Assembly: GCA_028042835.1 (NCBI GenBank)
Contig: JAOFOL010000008.1
Location: 674 to 64,673 of the forward strand
Length of the DNA: 64,000 nucleotides
Source: Opitutales bacterium
GTDB taxonomy: Bacteria; Verrucomicrobiota; Verrucomicrobiia; Opitutales; Seribacteraceae
Direction of reading: 5' to 3'
Under the pieces are notes generated by a model. That model saw only the letters and a program-made list of their open reading frames with translations, ran no database searches and was not told the origin of the DNA. The stretch's first letter is position 1; every line of letters begins with the position of its first letter. This document shows positions 59,711 through 64,000 of the stretch, one piece after another. The position numbers and the translations under genes are program-made.

Positions 59711-61114
59711 TTATTCAATGCAATATAAATTTTCGTTAGTCCTGATGTAGAGATTTGCCTGAGAAATAGCAATCGATGACCTTGTATTATCATCGTACGA
59801 TCCACCCATTTCTGCTTGGTTCAATATTTTCCCTGAACTCGCGGAAACAACAATTACCATAGCATTATGATTCATGATATATATTTTACCGTCTCCTGCA
59901 GTAGGTGAACTACGCCATTTATATTTACCGGGTAAGTCCACACTCCATTGAGTGGAACCAGTTTGTGGATCTACCTGAAATAACTTTTTCTTGAGATCAC
60001 TAAGTATGTAGAATTTTTTTCTATAAAAGAGCGGAGTCGGAACATCCGAAGTTAAGAGAGGATCTGCTGATGTCTCCCAACGTAATCTACCCTCCCCCCC
60101 CTTTTCTGATTCATTCAGCTTTATAGCAAATACAGGGGCTCGCTTTGGAGCACAGACCAAGGCAACTCCGCCCCCAATTACCGGAGAAGGAACAAGTCTC
60201 CACCATTGCTCTTTATGACCGGGGTTCCATGTACCCCAACGCCACAACTCTTCTCCTGTATCTGGATGATGAGAAGTCAATACATCCCCGCCAGCAATAT
60301 ACAACTTTTCATCAAACGGGATGATTGTACCAAAGGATTCAAGGGATTCTTTTTGTGCATTTGAATCACGCACATGCCTCCACAATGTTTTGCCACTAAG
60401 AGGATCGATACAAAGTATATAGGATTCAGCATTTTCTTTCCCTCGACCATGAACAGGTTCGTTTCTCTGCAAGATTGGCAGATATAACTTTTTTTTCCAA
60501 TAAGTGGGTGAGGCCGAGAATGTCCATTGAAAGCAAAAGTCTCCGTAGTCTTTCTGTAAATTCCTACTCCATTTCTTATTACCATCAAAATCAAAAGCTA
60601 ATAAGTCTCCATTTCCATAAAAAAAGAAAACGGAATCATCCCCTATTACTGGTGATGGACTCGCATAGTTAGAACGATCATGTAGCATAAAATCAAACCC
60701 ATCTTTTTGTCCTGGTCTATATCCACTACCGGCATTTTTGTCCCATAGTACCTTACCACTTTTTGCATCAAGGCAAAGGGCTCGTAATTCTCCACGCCCT
60801 TCACTTTTCTTACCTGCAGTGATAAAGATAGATGGTACGAAAACCCGGTCTTCATAAATGATCGGAGTTGCTGCGGAAGAACCAGGAAGTCTGGTTTTCC
60901 ACTTCACTCCCACAGAATCATCGAAGATTTCAGGCAAAGAAGATGTTGACTGTGATGATCCATCAAAATTAGGCCCCCTCCAATTAGGCCAGTTCCCAAA
61001 AACGAAGATGGGAATCAAAGTCGAACAAAACAGGAAAGTTTTTATGGAAAAAAGTATCAAGTTATTGATTTTAAGATTCATAACTTTATCACTAGGCAAA
61101 CCTCGGTTTCCCAT
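59711..61114 (-). CDS. PQQ-like beta-propeller repeat protein
   Basis: WPNWRGP, repeated CLD-x2-SG-x2-LW and SSP motifs; ATG 61081 is an alternative start. Confidence 0.88.
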   Translation of the reverse strand: MGNRGLPSDKVMNLKINNLILFSIKTFLFCSTLIPIFVFGNWPNWRGPNFDGSSQSTSSLPEIFDDSVGVKWKTRLPGSSAATPIIYEDRVFVPSIFITAGKKSEGRGELRALCLDAKSGKVLWDKNAGSGYRPGQKDGFDFMLHDRSNYASPSPVIGDDSVFFFYGNGDLLAFDFDGNKKWSRNLQKDYGDFCFQWTFSASPTYWKKKLYLPILQRNEPVHGRGKENAESYILCIDPLSGKTLWRHVRDSNAQKESLESFGTIIPFDEKLYIAGGDVLTSHHPDTGEELWRWGTWNPGHKEQWWRLVPSPVIGGGVALVCAPKRAPVFAIKLNESEKGGEGRLRWETSADPLLTSDVPTPLFYRKKFYILSDLKKKLFQVDPQTGSTQWSVDLPGKYKWRSSPTAGDGKIYIMNHNAMVIVVSASSGKILNQAEMGGSYDDNTRSSIAISQANLYIRTNENLYCIE

Positions 61115-61198
61115 CGAGAAAAAAAGGTCTTCATGTAGTAAATGATTTTTTACCTTTCTGGCACAGAAATCTGGGAAAATGATAGAAAAATAGAAAAT

Positions 61199-61438
61199 TC
61201 ACACTTCCTTACTAATTTTTTCTTCAAGTTGAATATCTTCAAACCATTCAACAATCCCATCTAGGTCGTCGGCATCAAAATCCTCTTTTTCATTATGACC
61301 AAGATTGAATTCATCCATCAAATCACATTCGATTTCATTTAAAAGCCTCTCATTATCTCGAACCCGTACTTTCTTGCCAAAATGAAGGGCTAAGAAGATT
61401 AATAATATTGAAATTAGACTAACGAAAAATATATCCAA
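61199..61438 (-). CDS. small single-TM protein with acidic tail
   Basis: TTG start 7 nt after the pqiC-like stop; TM helix followed by a D/E-rich domain. Confidence 0.55.
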   Translation of the reverse strand: MDIFFVSLISILLIFLALHFGKKVRVRDNERLLNEIECDLMDEFNLGHNEKEDFDADDLDGIVEWFEDIQLEEKISKEV

Positions 61439-61445
61439 AATTCAA

Positions 61446-62318
61446 TTATCGAACAGGAGCAAAGATGATATCTGTAGCAGTAAAACTAACGGTAGCACCG
61501 AATTTATCTCCAATTGTGTTAATTACATCGATCAAGAATTCGCTATCAGTTTTAAAAGATAATACATTTGGATTTGTTGATGCATCAAAGTTTTTAAAAT
61601 GGACATAAAGCTGCTCAGTAGAACTAGAGTGATCGGTTAATAAATCCTCCACAATTGCCAATGATTGCTCAAGATTTTGTTCTTTAAATGACAAATCCTT
61701 ACATCTGATCCGTAGTGCTTGACTTAAAGGAAACGAATGAATCGTTTTAGCAACCTCTGCGGAAAGCATAGAAAGCGCAAAGCTCAGAGCCTGCGTCTCG
61801 TCATGGACGCTTTTTCCTTCAATCCAAATAGATCTGTTAAAATAAAAATTGGATACTGGTTTACTTTTGTGAAAAATATCAACGATAGCGCTGACAATAA
61901 CATTATCACTACCCGTCACTTCAAATCTCTCCAATGAAATCCCTATTTCGTAATGACAACCAATTTTTGGTCGCTGGGGATATGATGAGTATAGAAGGGT
62001 ACTAAACATTTCTGCAAGATTTAGACCAACCACTCGTGAAATCCCTTCCCCGAAGGGTTCTCCCCAGCGATGATTCTCCAAGTATTTAATCGTGGAATTA
62101 TCCGTACGGCGCACTAAACGGTTTTCATCTAAATATGGAGGAAGAGAAACTTCCCTAATGTGAAAAGAAACCATCGGAAGAGCACGGCTTTTGTTCTCAT
62201 CAGCAATGCTTTTTGTAAGCAGGTGATATTCGGGTTCGACATGATTGGATTCTGGAATTACGCAACTCTGTAAAACAAAAAGAGCCAGAATTACATAAAG
62301 TAACGAGTATTTCATCAT
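61446..62318 (-). CDS. PqiC-family ABC auxiliary lipoprotein with extra C-terminal domain
   Basis: Lipobox LQSC, LPPYLD-x3-LV-x-R, HRWGEP-x3-GI-x-R. Confidence 0.85.
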   Translation of the reverse strand: MMKYSLLYVILALFVLQSCVIPESNHVEPEYHLLTKSIADENKSRALPMVSFHIREVSLPPYLDENRLVRRTDNSTIKYLENHRWGEPFGEGISRVVGLNLAEMFSTLLYSSYPQRPKIGCHYEIGISLERFEVTGSDNVIVSAIVDIFHKSKPVSNFYFNRSIWIEGKSVHDETQALSFALSMLSAEVAKTIHSFPLSQALRIRCKDLSFKEQNLEQSLAIVEDLLTDHSSSTEQLYVHFKNFDASTNPNVLSFKTDSEFLIDVINTIGDKFGATVSFTATDIIFAPVR

Positions 62319-63229
62319 TCCTTGGAATTTGAAGGTTTTCCGATCAGAAAAGCTTGAGGGTTTCTCTCGAGTAGGTCGGAAAGCCTTTTTAGTGATTTTG
62401 ACATCAGGCTAACATCACGCAGTGTATCCGAAAATTGAAACCGGATTTCAGAGTCGGGTTGTATCATCAGATTGACTGCTTTTGATAGAGTCGAAATATC
62501 TTTTAAGGTTAGATTAGCTTGCGCAGATGCGTCGGTCAATTGTGGTCCCAACGCTGAATAATTATCAGAAAAAACATTCAAAAAATCACGAAACGCTGTG
62601 TTCGACTTTGCAAAGTCAGACTGTAGATTTGGAAAATCAATTTCAGCCAATCTTTTAGCAGCGACATCCAACAACAAACTGACCTGAGTACTCATTTTTT
62701 CAAAATTAATTTTCTCACTTAATTCCGCAAAAATTGAATCTTTTGTCCTTAGTTCTGGGTACCCGTATAATTCATTAGTTTCTGCAGGTAACTCTCCATC
62801 CTGAGAATTGTCGGTAGTCAAATTTATGTAGAGTATTCCGGTTACAAAGCTTTCTTGAATTAACTGACCCTCAAGTGTCCTCACAATCTCTTTTTTAAAT
62901 CTACCTTCTTTGTCAAAAATCTCATTTCCGGTATCAACCATATGTCGGTTAACCAATTTTCTGTTAATTTCAACTAATACAGGAACGGGTGCATCCTCAA
63001 TAGCATCCCCTAAGAAAAAACGCTCTACACGACCAATCCTAACTCCATTCAGGGTAACTTTACCTCCCTCATATAATCCATACATGTTTTCATGAAAAAC
63101 TAATACAAATCTTTCATTCTTACTCCTGAAGGAAGAAAAACCTCCAGTGAAAACCGTAAAGCCAAGCAGCAATACGATTGCCCCAAGGGTAAATATTCCT
63201 ACTAAAAATCTGTTACCGTTTTTCTTCAA
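62315..63229 (-). CDS. MlaD/MCE-domain protein
   Basis: VGIFTLG TM, GL-x2-G-x2-V-x2-NGV-x-IG-x-V, TGILYI, helical tail LERNPQAFL; likely start TTG 63229. Confidence 0.9.
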   Translation of the reverse strand: MKKNGNRFLVGIFTLGAIVLLLGFTVFTGGFSSFRSKNERFVLVFHENMYGLYEGGKVTLNGVRIGRVERFFLGDAIEDAPVPVLVEINRKLVNRHMVDTGNEIFDKEGRFKKEIVRTLEGQLIQESFVTGILYINLTTDNSQDGELPAETNELYGYPELRTKDSIFAELSEKINFEKMSTQVSLLLDVAAKRLAEIDFPNLQSDFAKSNTAFRDFLNVFSDNYSALGPQLTDASAQANLTLKDISTLSKAVNLMIQPDSEIRFQFSDTLRDVSLMSKSLKRLSDLLERNPQAFLIGKPSNSKE

Positions 63230-63277
63230 AACTAGAATTAACCATGAAGGTTGTAATCGAATCAATCAACATTGTTC

Positions 63278-64000
63278 TCATGAGGTGGATGATTCACTTC
63301 TTTTCAGGAAATCAGTAATCCTAACAAAACGACTGTTTTTCACCAAATCATCAGGCTTACCTTGATCCAATAGTGATTTTGATTGTGCATCCAGAAAAAT
63401 TGAGTCATCAGCAATTTCAAAAATACTTGCTAGTTCATGTGTCACCACCACGAAAGTGATCCCCAGGCTTTCTTTCAGTTCAGTAATTAGATCATCTAGC
63501 CTTCGAGAAGTTATGGGATCAAGCCCCGCCGAAGGTTCGTCAAAAAAAAGTATATTTGGATCTAAAGCCATTGCTCTGGCCAATCCCGCTCTTTTTTTCA
63601 TTCCACCACTTATCTCAGACGGGTAGAAATCTTCAAAACCAGACAGTCCAACCAAGCTCAGTTTATAACGGACTAAGTCATCAATGTCCTGATCTTCTAG
63701 ATCTGTGTAGATTTCTAAAGGCAGAGATACATTTTCTTTAATGGTCATGGCACTCCATAAAGCTCCGCCTTGGAACAACACACCAAATTCTTTTAAAATA
63801 CTATTATCTGTTTTATCACCTGCCCAAAGATTTCGACTATTAATTTCAATTTTCCCAACTGACGGTTCTAAAAGACCAACTAGTGATTTTAATAAAGTGC
63901 TTTTACCGCAACCGCTTCCGCCCATGACAACAAGGCATTTACCCCTTTGAACTTCAAAACTTACATCTTCAAGAACCAAGTGGTTACCGTAAGCTAAAGT
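63278..64000 (-). CDS. MlaF/Mkl ABC ATPase (5'-truncated by window edge)
   Basis: GGSGCGKST, ISGGMKKRAGLARA, FDEPSAGLDP, VTHE; the frame is open to the window end. Confidence 0.93.
   Translation of the reverse strand, partial: TLAYGNHLVLEDVSFEVQRGKCLVVMGGSGCGKSTLLKSLVGLLEPSVGKIEINSRNLWAGDKTDNSILKEFGVLFQGGALWSAMTIKENVSLPLEIYTDLEDQDIDDLVRYKLSLVGLSGFEDFYPSEISGGMKKRAGLARAMALDPNILFFDEPSAGLDPITSRRLDDLITELKESLGITFVVVTHELASIFEIADDSIFLDAQSKSLLDQGKPDDLVKNSRFVRITDFLKRSESSTS

Noticed and set aside
61159-61175. TGGCAC sigma54 -24 box
   Set aside because: No TTGC at -12 and it points antisense to the flanking genes.

Overview
Gene-dense, AT-rich bacterial chromosome segment with very short intergenic gaps and about 60 CDS, mostly housekeeping. 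The gene set and family styles suggest a marine Verrucomicrobiota (Opitutales-like) genome; this is inference, not a database result. Content from left to right: the end of a DegT/PseC-type aminotransferase plus a GNAT; parA-rnc-mfd-surA-radC; glgB; lptD; trxA; LOG; a long minus-strand run (AKR-panB-gpsA-queH-cysE-adk-like-M29 peptidase-add-rluD); two BCP peroxiredoxins; gap-pgk-tpiA; DUF151-dus-lnt-HDOD; aroK; tig-clpP-clpX; an S8 protease; an FAD oxidase with an MnmM-type methyltransferase; fabV; dciA; a POT transporter; comM; an M23 peptidase; sugar epimerase and NRAMP-like genes; and an Mla/Pqi lipid-transport operon cut by the right edge. I saw no rRNA, tRNA, CRISPR array, integrase or transposase. 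The best leads are: (1) a sigma-28 promoter followed by a leader with three CsrA-type GGA sites and a start-codon-sequestering stem, in front of a small FlgM-sized ORF (16.1-16.2 kb); (2) recurrent -35/N16-18/-10 promoters 6-8 nt from ATG, pointing to leaderless mRNAs; (3) a coupled DAO-type oxidase plus MnmM pair that looks like a split, non-orthologous MnmC and is one A away from a fusion; (4) an AT-rich islet beside comM with an H-NS-like coil/HTH protein, an Xis-like protein and a tandem SH3/KOW-like protein; (5) a very GC-rich hairpin with a C-rich leader at 59.6 kb that may be an sRNA.
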